DNA of 64,000 nt from Octopus bimaculoides (GCF_001194135.2 NC_068990.1:33262149-33326148); one strand, 5' to 3'. Counted from the stretch's first letter, positions 49,750 through 62,884 are shown. Made by a program: numbers and translations. The notes: generated by a model not told the origin, from the sequence alone.

Positions 49750-49905
49750 TACACTGTTTCCATCTACCAAATTCAATAAGAAGGTATTGGTCAGACCTGG
49801 GTATAGGAGAAAACACTTGCCCAAAGTGCTGTGCAGTGAGACCTAAGCCTAAATTCACATGGTTGTGACGTAAGATCCTTAACCACATTGCCATACTTGT
49901 GCCTG
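49750..49905 (-). mobile_element. SINE family A, decayed 5' half
   Basis: GTTTCCATCTACCAAATTCA...ACTTGCCCAAAGTGC...TTAACCACATTGCCATACTTGTGCCT. Confidence 0.7.
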
Positions 49906-49989
49906 TGTATATACATTATACATATGTATACGGTATGTGAGTTTGCATATATTTATATAGATATATGTGTATGTGTGTATTTTTACAGT

Positions 49990-50272
49990 GAAAGCACATG
50001 GCTTAGTGGCTAGGGTATTCAGCTTGGAATCGTAAAATCATGAGATCAATTCCTGGTGCCACACTGTGTCCTTGAGCGAGACATTTTATTTCACATTGCT
50101 TCAGTCCACTCAGCTGGTAAAAGTATGTGGTACCTGTATTTCAATGCTGAATCTCTTTGAGATTTACATTGAGGGTACATTAGGGTACATTGAGGGTAAT
50201 TTCATGAGAAGGCTATTTTATTGATCAGATCAACTGGAACCTTCGATTCTGTAACCAATGGAGTGTCAGCTT
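49990..50272 (+). mobile_element. SINE family B2
   Basis: GCACATGGCTTAGTGGCTAGGG...TTGAGCGAGACA...TTGATCAGATCAACTGGAACC. Confidence 0.8.
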
Positions 50273-50988
50273 TTTATTAAATACATTTTTATATATACAC
50301 ATGTATAGATACACACATATACATGTTTGTGCATACATTTATGAATACATGTATGCACGTATGTGTTTATATGCATATAGGAATAGGGGATTATTAAATG
50401 CTCACTGTATCATTCAATTTCAGAGAGTTGTTACCATGGTAACAGAAATAATACTGATCCTTCATTGTATGTCTTCCTCTTTCTCCCCCACCTCTTCAAC
50501 TCATTATTCTTTCCCTTTTCTTCTTTCCTTTTAATGTCTTTTTTACTTCCTCTTTCTTTCTTTCTCTCTTCCTCTCTCTCTCTCTCTCTCATTTTCATTC
50601 CCACAAATCACTTTCTTATTGTATACGGAATTGTGATTGTTGTGTATATGAATTGTATTGTGTTGTGTACAGAACTGTGGTGGTTGTTTATTTAAATTCA
50701 TATACAAAGTGGTGAAACACCGGTTTATAACAGTCCAATCCATGCTAGCATGAAAAAGCAGATATAAAAAGATGATGATGATGACGACAACGATCTCATG
50801 TGTATGTAAGAGAAAGAAAGAGAGAGAGGAAGAATGAAACACACACATAAGCACTTTCTCTCCTGCATCTCCTCCAAAAGTATACATTGTGCATATATAG
50901 CTGTAAATATAAAAACAAACATGAAGTCTGTTTTTATATAAACAGCTATAAATGCATAAATGCACACACATGCAAGTAAAGACACACA

Positions 50989-51023
<35 letters not shown>

Positions 51024-51639
51024 GCACATAAGCACAGTGACATATACACATGCAGGTAGAGACATACACACATAAACATGTAGAGAGAGACACACACATA
51101 CATGAACAGACATACATATGCATGTAAAGACATACACAAACATACAAGTAGTGATACACATGTACGTAATTTCTTTCAGAACCTAAAAAAATCCTTGCTA
51201 TACAATGGATTAAAAGGGAATTGATTTTTTAAAAAAAATCAATACTTATGTATGCATTTCCCCTCGAGGGGCTAATATGTAAATAAAGTAGTTTGCAAGG
51301 AACAATTTCAGCTTGGAAATTAGCTCAGTATTGATTGTGTTTTTAAAAATTAATGGAACTGATGAATCCTCTCTCCACTTCTCTCTAAATATATGAAGTC
51401 CTCATGGAATCCCAAAGGCACTACACTAAAGGCCGAAGGATATGACTTGGTGCATCTATTTATTCATAACCCACATTGTATTTGCGCTATAGTAATTGTT
51501 ACCCAGTTGTCCTCAACCTCATATGATATGCTAGCAATTTTTATTAGGAGCTTTCAAATTCTTTGCCTTGTATCAAGACAGGTGGGTTTGACAGGACCAG
51601 GAAAGGTGTTAAATAAGAATGAAACTGATTAGTTTAAAC

Positions 51640-52290
51640 CTTGCTCAGTGGTTAGAGAGTTAGGCACACAATCATGAGGTAGTGAGTTCAATTCCTGGGC
51701 TGGGCTGTGTGTTGTGTTCTTGAGCAAGACACTTTACTTCACATTGCTCCAGTTCACTCATCATCATCATTGTTTAACGTCTGCTTTCCATGCTAGCATG
51801 GGTTGGACGATTTGACTGAGGACCGGTGGACCAGGTGGCTACACCAGGCTCCAATCTGATTTAGCAGAGTTTCTACAGCTGGATGCCCTTCCTAACATCA
51901 ACCACTTCGAGAGCGTAGTGGGTACTTTTACGTACCACCGGCACGAGGGCCAGTCAGGCAGTACTGGCAACGGCCATGCTCGAAATGGTGTATTTTACAT
52001 GCCACCTGCACAGGAGCCAGTCCAGCAGCACTGGCAATGATCTCGCTCGAATCTCTTTTCACATGCCACTGGCACAAGTGCCAGGAAGGTGACATACTCA
52101 TCTGTAGAAATGAGTTGCAACATCACTGGTGCCAAGCTGTTGGATAACATCAGAGGTGTGAAGAGAGAAGGCTGGTATGCATGGGCAACTGCTGGTCTTC
52201 CGTAAACAACCTTGCCTGGACTTGTGCCTTGGTGGGGGAACTTTCTAGGTGCAACCCAATGGTCATTCATGACCAAAGAGGGTCTTTACC
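51640..52290 (+). mobile_element. SINE family B3 interrupted by an RTE-derived element
   Basis: Head to ...CAGTTCACTCA (51760) resumes at 52096 as ACTCATCTGTAGAAATGAG...GGTCATTCATGACCAAAG. Confidence 0.85.
51761..52095 (-). mobile_element. RTE-derived 3' element with 5-bp TSD
   Basis: (TCA)n-TTGTTTAACGTCTGCTTTCCATGCTAGCATGGGTTGG...GGATGCCCTTCCTAAC. ACTCA duplicated at 51756-51760 and 52096-52100. Confidence 0.85.
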
Positions 52291-52782
52291 TTTTAATCCA
52301 AGCTCTACCAAAAATAACCTCTTCATTGACTTAACCCTTAACTCCAAATGTCATTGCCATTAACTACTGAAAGTAGTTTTATATAGCAATCTATCTTTGC
52401 TGAAGAATGTCATGTTTGAAACTCGTTTTTGTTTAGATATTTTAAGTTCATTGAAGCAACATGACTTGCAATAAATACCAATTCAATTTTTTTGGTAGAT
52501 GTTTAATGTCATTACTGGAATAATCATGAAATTTAAATTCACTTTGAAAGGATTGATTTCACAGCAAGACTAAATACATAAAGATATATGCCATGTTTCT
52601 CTAAATTCAACATTAAATTGTGCACTAAACACCTGTAATATTGCATAAACCTACATCTACAGTGAACCAGCAAAATATATAACAGAAACTCAATAACATT
52701 TTAAACATGTATGCAGCTTTGGTTAAATCTTGTAATCCTTTAGTACACTTTGTATCTTTATCCTTTATTTGTTTCAGGATAA

Positions 52783-52849
52783 GGAAACAAACAAGTCATT
52801 ATTTGTTTCCTTATATGGAAACAAACAATGACTTATTTGTTTCCATATA
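52783..52849. repeat. Nested palindrome (two hairpins in mutual inverted orientation)
   Basis: GGAAACAAAC-AAGTCATT-ATTTGTTTCC-TTATAT-GGAAACAAAC-AATGACTT-ATTTGTTTCC. Confidence 0.9.
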
Positions 52850-53075
52850 GTCATTAAGCTATGGCCATGCTGGGGCACCACTTTGAAGAATTTTTAGTTG
52901 AATGAATCAACTCCCGTACTTTCTTTTTTTTTAAAGCCTGGTACTTATTCTATTGATCTCTCTTGCCAAACTGCTACGTTACAGAGATTTAAACACACCG
53001 ACACCAGTTGTCAAACGGTGGTGGGGGACAAACACAGACACAAAAACACACATGCACACACCTTTCTCTCTCTCA

Positions 53076-53142
<67 letters not shown>

Positions 53143-53178
53143 GCTTCTTCTAGTTTACATCTACCAAATCCACTCATG
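52850..53178 (-). mobile_element. SINE family A, 3' part with internal (TA)n
   Basis: GGCCATGCTGGGGCACC...GGTACTTATTCTATTGATCTC...GGGGACAAACACAGACAC...(TA)n-GATGGGCTTC...CTACCAAATCCACTCA. Confidence 0.85.
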
Positions 53179-53849
53179 AGAGCAATAAGAAAATGGAGGC
53201 GATTAATAGGTAGTATTCATCAACTTTTAGACATTATATTATGTCAATTTATTTATTTCATAAAAGGACAATTATAGCAATATACATACATATATAACAT
53301 ATAATGCTTTACATATATAATATATAGAATATAAAAATATCAGGAATTATTAAAATATATAACATAGAACAATAGAAATTGGAATAATATCTTACAGCTG
53401 TTTCAGCCAAGAGGCAATAATACCTCATTCTACTTTTATCCCTCCAGTGGACTGAAGTAATTAGTAGATGAAATTGAGGTACTTGGGTGTTTCTCTAGGC
53501 TTCGTGAGAGATTTTAAAAGTACATAAGGTTAAGTTATAAATATAAATACTCACATATATACATACTTTTACGTATACATACATATACATAAATATACAT
53601 AAATACATATGCCTACAGTTAAATGTACCTGCATATGTGTATGTATATGCATACAAATGAATCAATTATTATTATTATTATTAGATGCATTATATTATTC
53701 ATATTAGATAAAATATAAACAGAGTTATGAGAAAGTTATAAGAGGAGGAATATTGTAATGTATACAATCAATATATCTTAAGATTAATTTAGTAATGTAA
53801 GAATGAAACTATATACATGAGGAATACATATATATATATACACATATAC

Positions 53850-53902
<53 letters not shown>

Positions 53903-54504
53903 NNNNNNNNNNNNNNNNNNNNNNNNNNNNNNNNNNNNNNNNNNNNNNNNNNNNNNNNNNNNNNNNNNNNNNNNNNNNNNNNNNNNNNNNNNNNNNNNNN
54001 NNNNNNNNNNNNNNNNNNNNNNNNNNNNNNNNNNNNNNNNNNNNNNNNNNNNNNNNNNNNNNNNNNNNNNNNNNNNNNNNNNNNNNNNNNNNNNNNNNNN
54101 NNNNNNNNNNNNNNNNNNNNNNNNNNNNNNNNNNNNNNNNNNNNNNNNNNNNNNNNNNNNNNNNNNNNNNNNNNNNNNNNNNNNNNNNNNNNNNNNNNNN
54201 NNNNNNNNNNNNNNNNNNNNNNNNNNNNNNNNNNNNNNNNNNNNNNNNNNNNNNNNNNNNNNNNNNNNNNNNNNNNNNNNNNNNNNNNNNNNNNNNNNNN
54301 NNNNNNNNNNNNNNNNNNNNNNNNNNNNNNNNNNNNNNNNNNNNNNNNNNNNNNNNNNNNNNNNNNNNNNNNNNNNNNNNNNNNNNNNNNNNNNNNNNNN
54401 NNNNNNNNNNNNNNNNNNNNNNNNNNNNNNNNNNNNNNNNNNNNNNNNNNNNNNNNNNNNNNNNNNNNNNNNNNNNNNNNNNNNNNNNNNNNNNNNNNNN
54501 NNNN

Positions 54505-54536
<32 letters not shown>

Positions 54537-54617
54537 ACAAAAACAAAATGTAGGTGTATTCATGTATATATATATATATATATATATATGAATTTAAGGT
54601 TAAAGTGATATTACCAA

Positions 54618-54760
54618 GGGGATATTATTTTAATATAATACATATGAGAGATAAGTTATTACAAATTTATTAAAAAAAACATTATATAACATTATGGGGA
54701 TATTATTTTAATATAATGCATATGAGAGATATGTTATTACAAATTTATTTAAAAAACCCT
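54618..54760. repeat. Two-copy tandem duplication, period 78 bp
   Basis: GGGGATATTATTTTAATATAAT(A/G)CATATGAGAGATA(A/T)GTTATTACAAATTTATT at 54618 and 54696. Confidence 0.9.
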
Positions 54761-57158
54761 TATAAAATATTACATGTATAAGTCTAACTAGGAGAATCAT
54801 TAATATATTTACTAACTTATATGGGTACTATATGGTTAAAAATACATGCCGGAAGCCAGTTTGCACCAAACTCAAACAAGGCAGAAAACATCAAAAGTGA
54901 CTGTATATATCATCTCATCATGTCATTAATTGTTAAAATTACGCCCCAAATTCCTTCTCATAATCCTCACATATCCTCTTCTATATATAACTATACCTAT
55001 ATATTACCAAATATAATCATTATCTATAAAAATATGTTCAAAATCTATTATATCTGACAAACTGATTCAAATGCAAGACTACATCTGACAAAATGCCTAA
55101 AATGCAAGATCCCATGTAATATTGTTAAGTCACTTAATTAATAAACCCATTAGTCATTTAGTCCTTAAATATATCTATTCATGTATTTATTTATCTAATA
55201 TGAGAAATTATATCATTTGTTCCCTACATATGTTTCACCATTGTGGTTATTTCTAACCACTGCGTCGGATGTTCCAAGTGCAGTTGGATGCCAAGCTTCA
55301 AGAAATGGTTAGAACTCTTTGTCACGTGAGTAATGGATCACATGACCTCTTGGTAATAATATAAGACTACTAGGTGGTAGAATATCAAAGGGACAACAAC
55401 AGGAAAACAAAGAGCATGGCGTTTTATCTATACTATTATCATCATCAATGAAGTGATGAGGTTAGTGTTGATAGAAACAGAATGCAGGGTTCGAACCAGG
55501 GAATTGGAGAGGTTATAGATACTTCATGTACCAATCAGGAGAAACTGAAGAAGCCTCAACACAGTAGCTTAAAATACCAGAAACAGTAGCCAAATCACTC
55601 ACAAACTACAAGTTATCTTTAAGAGAGGAAACATAATGTATACAGAAATAAAAGATGTGATGGTCATGGTTGAAACACTTTTGAAGTGAAATCTTCTGCA
55701 TTATGTCTAGCCTGGGGTTAAAAAAAATAACTACTTAGATTGAGGTGAGAAAAAAAAAAAAAAAGAAAGTGGCAGATTGAGAGTCAAAAGAAATTCTTTA
55801 GAATTTAATTCAGAAATAGAATTAGATGGGTTTTGGTCAGAATATACCAAAATATACAGTTTGTGTTTTAAGAGAGAGAAGAATGAGAATTCATGTTTCT
55901 TCTTATCTTCTTAGAAAGTATCAGAATAGGAGACCCCACCCAGGGTGTCATGACCCTGTGGTAGTTTAGACATCCTTATGGTATCATGACATTCTATGGT
56001 ACTATAGTCAGCAGCATGGGGGTATCACAAGGTTTTAAATTTAGATAACACAACTGACAAAACATTATGGTTTAAATATAAATCTAGAAGAGTTTAAAGA
56101 GTAAACACATTTAAGGCATTGCAGAATTTCTTCCATTGTTTATATTTTTTCTCTTGAAGTAAAACAAGTTTATTGCATAGGCAGATAAGGTGATGAGGTC
56201 ATAGAAACATTGGAGAGCACAGTATTAGAGGCATAGATCAAATGAAACTATTAAATTGGGATTGAAATCTCATCAAGTATTGGCTCAGCAAGTGTTTACA
56301 TTTACCTTTGCAGTATATTCCTCATAAACAAAGTTATATTTTATTTCAGAAGGTGATTATGTTGGATTTTATATTTTATCAACCTCAAATTTTTACTTGA
56401 GAAATCTTAACTGTTTTGAAGTGTCTGCTGCTTTACTGTGATCTCTGTTGACTCGTGTAGCCATTGCAGTCAACATTGATTGATTGCAGCTAATGAATAT
56501 GTCCAATTACATGTGAACAATTGTCTTCATCCCCACTGGATATTATCAGAGAATATTTTATACAAAAGAAACTAAATGAAAATGAAGGCAAACAAGAGCC
56601 GCCAGTTAGCAAACAACTGCACATTGACTGCAAGTCAATTTGATATCCCATGTGATATTTTTATTGCTCTGATGCAATACATTGCAAGGCAATCAGCAGG
56701 CTGCTGCACCAAAAGTTGAGATCAATGCTCAAAGTTATTAAGAAAATCTGATAATGATGGAACTGAAGAGTTATTGTAGACAATTTTATTTCCTAACAAA
56801 ACATTTCTGTAGCTTTCTGACACTTTTAATCATCATCAGCTTCTACAGTTTCATGTTCTATGTATCTGGGTGCAGATGTGCTCAGAGTTAGCATATGTAT
56901 ACAGATAAAGTAAGTGTGTGTGTATGTATGTGTGTGTGTGTGTGTGTGTTAATTCACTTTGAAACCACATGGTCTTGAATTCTAGCTTACTGAGTGCACC
57001 TTGAACAAGTGTCTTGTACTGTTGTCTCAGGTTAACCAATCCTTGTGGTTATTTTCAAACTCTGCATTGGATATTTCAAGTTTAATTGGATGATGAACCA
57101 CAAAAAACTATCAAGGGAAATTTTGTTTTGTATGTAACACAGATCAAATGCTTATTAA

Positions 57159-57382
57159 CCCTTTAGCATTCAGATTAACCTGTCAGATGTAATGGATTTT
57201 TATTCAAATTGTCTTGAATTAATTATGCATTATCTAGTGGCTTCAAGATTTCAATAATGAGATGTGATTGTTAATTTTCACTATGACATTATAGAGTAGG
57301 TGTGCAATGTTGGATCTAGCAAGTTTGAACAAAAGAGGGAGAATATATTGGCTGAATATGGCCTGGTTTAAATGTTAAAGGG
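57159..57382. mobile_element. piggyBac-type MITE with TTAA TSD
   Basis: TTAA|CCCTTTAGCATT ... AATGTTAAAGGG|TTAA. Confidence 0.85.
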
Positions 57383-58680
57383 TTAAATATAAAAGCTCTA
57401 TGGAAATTAGAGAGAAATAGATTATCTACTTGCAAAAAAAGGAACTCAAAAATTTATTCACATGAACAGTGGATCAAATTTTAACTTGCATGAAATGTAG
57501 TTGAGAAATGTACTGAGATTGTGATTAGGAATCTAAAATGGAGATCTCTGCCAGTATGGAGACACTTGATAGAAAAAAATGTACTGCATATTGTGAGTAG
57601 GGAGTGACTGTAGCAAAAGAACACAAAAGGCATGGGAAGAAGATGCAAGGACAAAGCTGAGGAGGATATTATACTTCACATGATCTAAAAGGTGATTGAT
57701 ATGGTGTGCTGCAGGTTTGTCTTACCCACAGCAGCATGGAGAAATAGAAATTAAAAATTGTGACAATGGTAATTTTTTAAATAGTGACAATAGGGAAGAT
57801 GATGACAATGATGATGGTAATGAAAGTTCCAACATTCAAAATCTTTACTGAAAAACTTCCATCAATTTGAAAACTTATGGATATTCTTGGTTTGCCAACA
57901 GACCCACAAACGTATTCCTCATCTGTCTAATGAGGTCTAACAGAAATTAGAGCAATTTTTCTTATATTTCTTGCTTAGTTTGAATTGATGTAAATTGATG
58001 GAAGGAAGTCATAGATAATCAAAGAAAATACATTGATGATTAAATTTCAATTAAATATAACATTTGATCACTTGTTTTCTTTATTCAAAATTCGGACAGA
58101 ACTTATGGGATGACCTGTTACATTGTCAGAAGTAATCCATATAAGAAGAACTGAATTTGATGGATAAAATTCAATGAAAAGGAATTGAATAGCAGGACAG
58201 TAGATAGTGGAGTTGGTAGAGCACCAAAATAGGGGATGGAAGAATTAGTAGAGCACTTGGGCAATGGGGTGTAGAATTGATAGAACAACAGGGACAGTGG
58301 ATGGAAGTAGTCCAATGACTGAAACCAGTAAAAGAGGTGTTGCTCCACAGCTTCTGGTGCTAAGTTTATTTAATATTGGCTCATTTAATTTTAATAAACT
58401 CAGATATAAAGATTACACAGAAGTAAATATTTATTACTGTCACATGTAATTAGAAAGTAGTGAAAGTTCATTAGTGTTAATTAACTGCAGAAAATGTTTA
58501 ATGATGATTTAACTGTAATTAGACAAATAAAAGAATATTAATACAGTTCTCATATAGGATATGGCTACACAAACAATATGCTTCTCACTAAATATGGAAC
58601 AGAGACTATTTATTTGTGAGACATTTCCAACAGGGAATAAGCTAAGAAACTGCATAGAAGTTTGTTTAATGATGTGTACA

Positions 58681-59742
58681 CAGGGTCACTCTTAGAAGGT
58701 ACAGGGCCCAATTGGGAACAATTTTGGTGGGCCCTAGGTTCCAGTCAACTTGCACTAAGGTCTATAGAATCGTAAAAATATAAAAATGTCCACTATACCA
58801 AACCATGCCAAACCAGATGGGTACCAGATGTAGCTCTTGGCTTGTTGGCTCCTGTCAAACCATCCAACACATGCCAGCTTGGAAAACGGATGTTAAATGA
58901 TGATGATATGCATATATATATATATATACATACATGTATTATGTACATATTTATGTGTGTGTGTGTGTGTGTGTGTGTGGTAACTTTCTGAAACATGGAT
59001 AATTTGTTAATAAAATTTTCTACATATATGTCTCAAATGGTATAGATTACGATCATATCGGAATTTGTTGTGTAAAGTATTTTTCTCTTTTAAATAAACT
59101 CAAAGGTAGCCAGTCCTCAACGTGGTTGTTTAGTATGCTAGAAATAGCAGTTATTAGGCATAAAAAAAACAGCCATTATTCTGATCTCCTAATACACCAC
59201 AAAGGGGAAAAAAAGTCCTTTGCAGTATACTAGGAGCTAAGATTAGTTGATAGCACATGAAAAAAATGAGGAAAAAGCGTAACTCCAGGGTGAGGGGGGA
59301 TTCCAAGGGTCCACCCTACCTCCCCAAAATTAAACGTATTTATAGAAACTGACACACACAAACATACACACACACATATACATACAATTCACTCACATAT
59401 GTACTCTCACAGACACACATATTTTACCCAAACATCCCCATAAACACTCCCAAATATTCACATAGGAACATGCATATTGACGCTTACACTAAAAATATAA
59501 TAAATTTCTTCAAATTCTGCGGCTGACCCAAGCAGTTTTGAATGAATGGATTTATCGTTTGATATCTTGTGAAGAAAGTGTAGAAAGTATGTTTTTTCTT
59601 TTTTATTTTTTTTAAAGACCATGTAGATTATTATAAAAGACTTCAAGGAGACCCCCTTTATGAAATTTCGCAGTATAGCATGGAGCTCCCTTCAGCACAG
59701 GTCCCGAAAGAGAGCAATCAGTCCAATTGGCTTAAGGCCGGC
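58681..59742. mobile_element. Possible decayed hAT-like non-autonomous element
   Basis: Left end CAGGGTCACTCTTAG..GGGCCC and right end ..CAATTGGCTTAAGGCCGGC resemble CAGGGCCGGCCTTA-type TIRs. No clear TSD. Confidence 0.3.
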
Positions 59743-59829
59743 GATATATGTATAGTTAATTGACAATGGGCTCAGTCCACCTAGAGATATAAGTAAGTAC
59801 CTTACTGCTATGAGTAGTTACAGTAATAT

Positions 59830-60230
59830 GAAATTAAAGTATGGATGTGTTGTGAAAATGTTTGCTTCTTAACATTATGATTTTGGATTCATTCACAGTG
59901 TGTGGCAACTTGAGCAAGTGTATTCTACTGTAGGTAAAGTTACCTTCTCATGTTATGCCAAAGGATCAGTTTTCTGGTTTCCATGACAAATTAATCCAAC
60001 CCTGGACTACTCATTTGTGCCAGCTGAGTGGACTGGAACAACATGAAATGATGTTTTGCTCAAGAACACAACACAACACCTGGTCCAGAAATACAATCTT
60101 ACGATCATGAGTCCAACACCCTAACCATGCACCTCCACTATTCTATTACAGCCCTAGGCTGACCAGAGCCTTGTGAGCTGAGATTGTAGATGGAAACTGA
60201 AAGAAGCCTGTCATATTTGTGTGTGCATAC
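59830..60230 (+). mobile_element. Decayed SINE family A containing an antisense B2/B3-type SINE
   Basis: The A copy breaks at TATTCTACT (59921) and resumes at TATTCTATT (60139), a probable TSD. The insert carries CAGCTGAGTGGACTGGAACAAC..TTGCTCAAGAACAC. Confidence 0.65.
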
Positions 60231-61476
60231 ACATTTGAAATTTCTTGTCTTGACCTCATGAGATAGTTATAAACAACTGTTATACAAGCAATGTCATTCC
60301 TTCTCAACTTTCCTTAAGACCAAGGCTGATCATGAGGGAAATATTATCTCGTTTGGACATAAGTAAGTGTTGCCAATAGGTCAAGGATCTGGCTGTAGGA
60401 AATCTGCCTCAACACATTCCATTTGACCCATGCAAGCATGGAAAATTGAACATTAAAACAAAAGATGATGATGATAACTTACATTACAGTCTTTTTGTAA
60501 ATCCAGTCTATGTTAGAAGCAGTAGCAATGCTTTTCTCAATTCATTTATTGAATTGTTGCCATTGACACGGACTGGTATGGGTCAACTCTGCTCTTAAAT
60601 GGGTCAATTTTCAGTCAAATGTAATGTATGAAAATTTAAATATGTAAGCTAGCAATAAATGATCATTTATATAGATTACATATAGATTAGAGAAATAAAA
60701 GTTGGCATTCTTAAGAGCAAAAGGACTTGGGAATGAAGTGCTTATTTTGATTCCACTTGTTGCTAAGGCTAAAAGAAGTAGTGCATCTCATTGATTTCAT
60801 CTAAAAACCCAAACCTATCATAGCAAGAGCACAAATTCTCTAAAGAGATGAAAATGTAAGATACTTCTGTTTTTATAATGTGCTGCATGTACATCAACCT
60901 GTTGAGACCCACATATCTTCAGTGATGCTGTGTTTTTATCCTTTTAATAAATGACACAACCCCACATATCTCTGACACTTCATACACAACTGACACCACA
61001 TCAATTTCACAGTTCAGTAGTTGAATTATAAGGGGCAGGCAACTGTGAAATACTAATTCAAAAATTTCTTGTAAATACACCAATAATCCTCAAAATCATA
61101 CAAGCATGAAATAAAGGACATGAAAATATTGATAGATATACTCTGCAAGGATATGATATATAACTATTCCAATATTTTATAATTGCTTCTGTCTTTGAAA
61201 ATTATCAAATCCAAAAATCATCCACTTAGTTTCTTCATTCTGCAAGAATTTCTTTTTTTTTTCTTCTTGGTTGCTATCTAACTTGGCTTGAATCATATTG
61301 AAATCCATATCTGCTTGATATATTTCATTTCTATTTTTATATTTGTAATTCTGATATAAATGCAAAAATATCTTGTTACTTTCCACTTAATAGTTTAAAC
61401 CAGGAAAAATGCAGCAGTAATTACAATTACAACCGATACTTCACAATGCCATCATACTGAGTTATATTTGAGTCAT

Positions 61477-61770
61477 TCAAATATACCATCATCATCTTCA
61501 CCACTACCACCACTACCACCACCATCACCACCATCACCATCAATATCATCATCATCATCACCATCATCATCAATACCGTTGTCACCATTGCTGCCGCCGC
61601 CACCACCACCACCAAGACCACCACCACCACCACCACCACCATTACCATCAATATTAGCATCATCATCACCATCATCATCAATACCATTATCACCATCACC
61701 GCCGCCACCGCCGCCACCACCACCACCACCACCATTACAGTCATCATCATCTCATCATTATCATCTTCAT
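61477..61770. repeat. Compound (CAT)/(CAC)/(CGC)n repeat with ~108-bp higher-order duplication
   Basis: ACCATCAATAT..CATCATCATCACCATCATCATCAATACC..T.TCACCAT..C.GCCGCC..C.CC.CCACC at about 61537 and 61645. Continuous with an RTE (GAT)n tail. Confidence 0.9.
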
Positions 61771-62110
61771 TTAACGTCCGTGTATCTTGCAGGCACAGGT
61801 CGGATGGTTTGATAAGACCTAACGGGTCTGAGGACTGCAATGCGCTCCAATGTTTGCACTGGCTGGCATGGTCTCTTATAACTGGATGTTCTTCTTAATG
61901 CCACCCACTTTACATGCTTTTTTTCATGGCACCAGCACTAATGAGGTCACCATGCATGAAACTTGCAAGACTAAAATTCCTCTTTCAACTGAGCAGAGCT
62001 GCAGGGGAAGAGTGCTTAACGCCCTCCTGATACTTGGATGTCATCACGGAAGATACTCAACACCTAAGCACCAATCTCAAAATCCTAGCAGTCCCCAGTA
62101 GAGCAGTTTT
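61770..62110 (-). mobile_element. RTE-derived 3' element
   Basis: TTTAACGTCCG...ATAACTGGATGTTCTTCTTAATGCCACCCAC...TTTTTCATGGCACCAGCAC. Confidence 0.7.
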
Positions 62111-62137
62111 TTGGGAATGCTCTGCCATTGTCAGTTC

Positions 62138-62138
<1 letters not shown>

Positions 62139-62177
<39 letters not shown>

Positions 62178-62622
62178 GTTCAGTAGTTTTATTTTTATAA
62201 TGTGCTTTCACTTCACTACCGAGCGCAGCTCTGTGCACCTTGGGTATGTGCTGTGGTTTGCTGTGGTGCTCTTATGGCTACTGTATTGAAAGTGTTTTGC
62301 GTGGGATGTTTGCATTGCCCAGTAGGGCAATTTTCTGTATGTTATATATATTTGTAAGTCCTGGTGTTTTTGTTATGTATTTGTCTGAATATTTTTTTAT
62401 TATACCTAAGGCACCTACTATGATAGGAATTGTTTCTGTTTTTAGATTCCACATTCGAGTTACCTCTATTTTCAGGTCTTTGTATTTTGAAAGTTTTTCC
62501 ATTTCTTTTAAAGAAACGTTGTCATCTGCTGGTATTGATACATCAATTAGAAAGCATTTTTTTTCTTCATGATCTTTGACAACTATATCTGGTCTATTTG
62601 TCTTAATTTCTCTATCTATCAT
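62139..62622 (-). mobile_element. 5'-truncated Dong/R4-clade LINE with open RLE C-terminus, (TAA)n on both sides
   Basis: ORF 62278-62637: IDREIKTNRPDIVVKDHEEKKCFLIDVSIPADDNVSLKEMEKLSKYKDLKIEVTRMWNLKTETIPIIVGALG...SIQ* (R..D...D...K..KY RLE motif). About 100-nt 3'UTR and (TAA)n tail at 62139-62177. Confidence 0.92.
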
Positions 62623-62671
62623 CATTATTATTATCATTATAATTATTATTATTATTATTATTATTATTATT

Positions 62672-62884
62672 GGTGGTGAGCTGGCAGAATCGTTAGCACG
62701 TTGGATGAAATGCTTAGTGGTATTTCACCTGTCGCAACGATGTGTGTTCAAATTCTGCCGAGGTCAACTTTGCCTTTTATCCTTTCCGGGTCAATAATGT
62801 AAGTACCAATTGAACACTGGGGTCGATGTAATCAATTATCCCCCTCCCCCAAATTTCAGGCTTTGTGCCTATAGTAGGAAGGAT
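62672..62884 (+). mobile_element. SINE family C, (ATT)n-flanked
   Basis: GGTGGTGAGCTGGCAGAATCGTTAGCACG...GGTCAACTTTGCCTTTTATCC...GGAAGGATTATC. Confidence 0.9.

Noticed and set aside
50640-50706. 12-bp inverted repeat as a pre-miRNA candidate
   Set aside because: The ~38-nt interior does not pair, so the stem is too short.
61427-61840. Poly-Pro/Ser ORF (+) and poly-Met/Val ORF (-)
   Set aside because: Both strands of a trinucleotide repeat grown from an RTE tail. No splice or start context.
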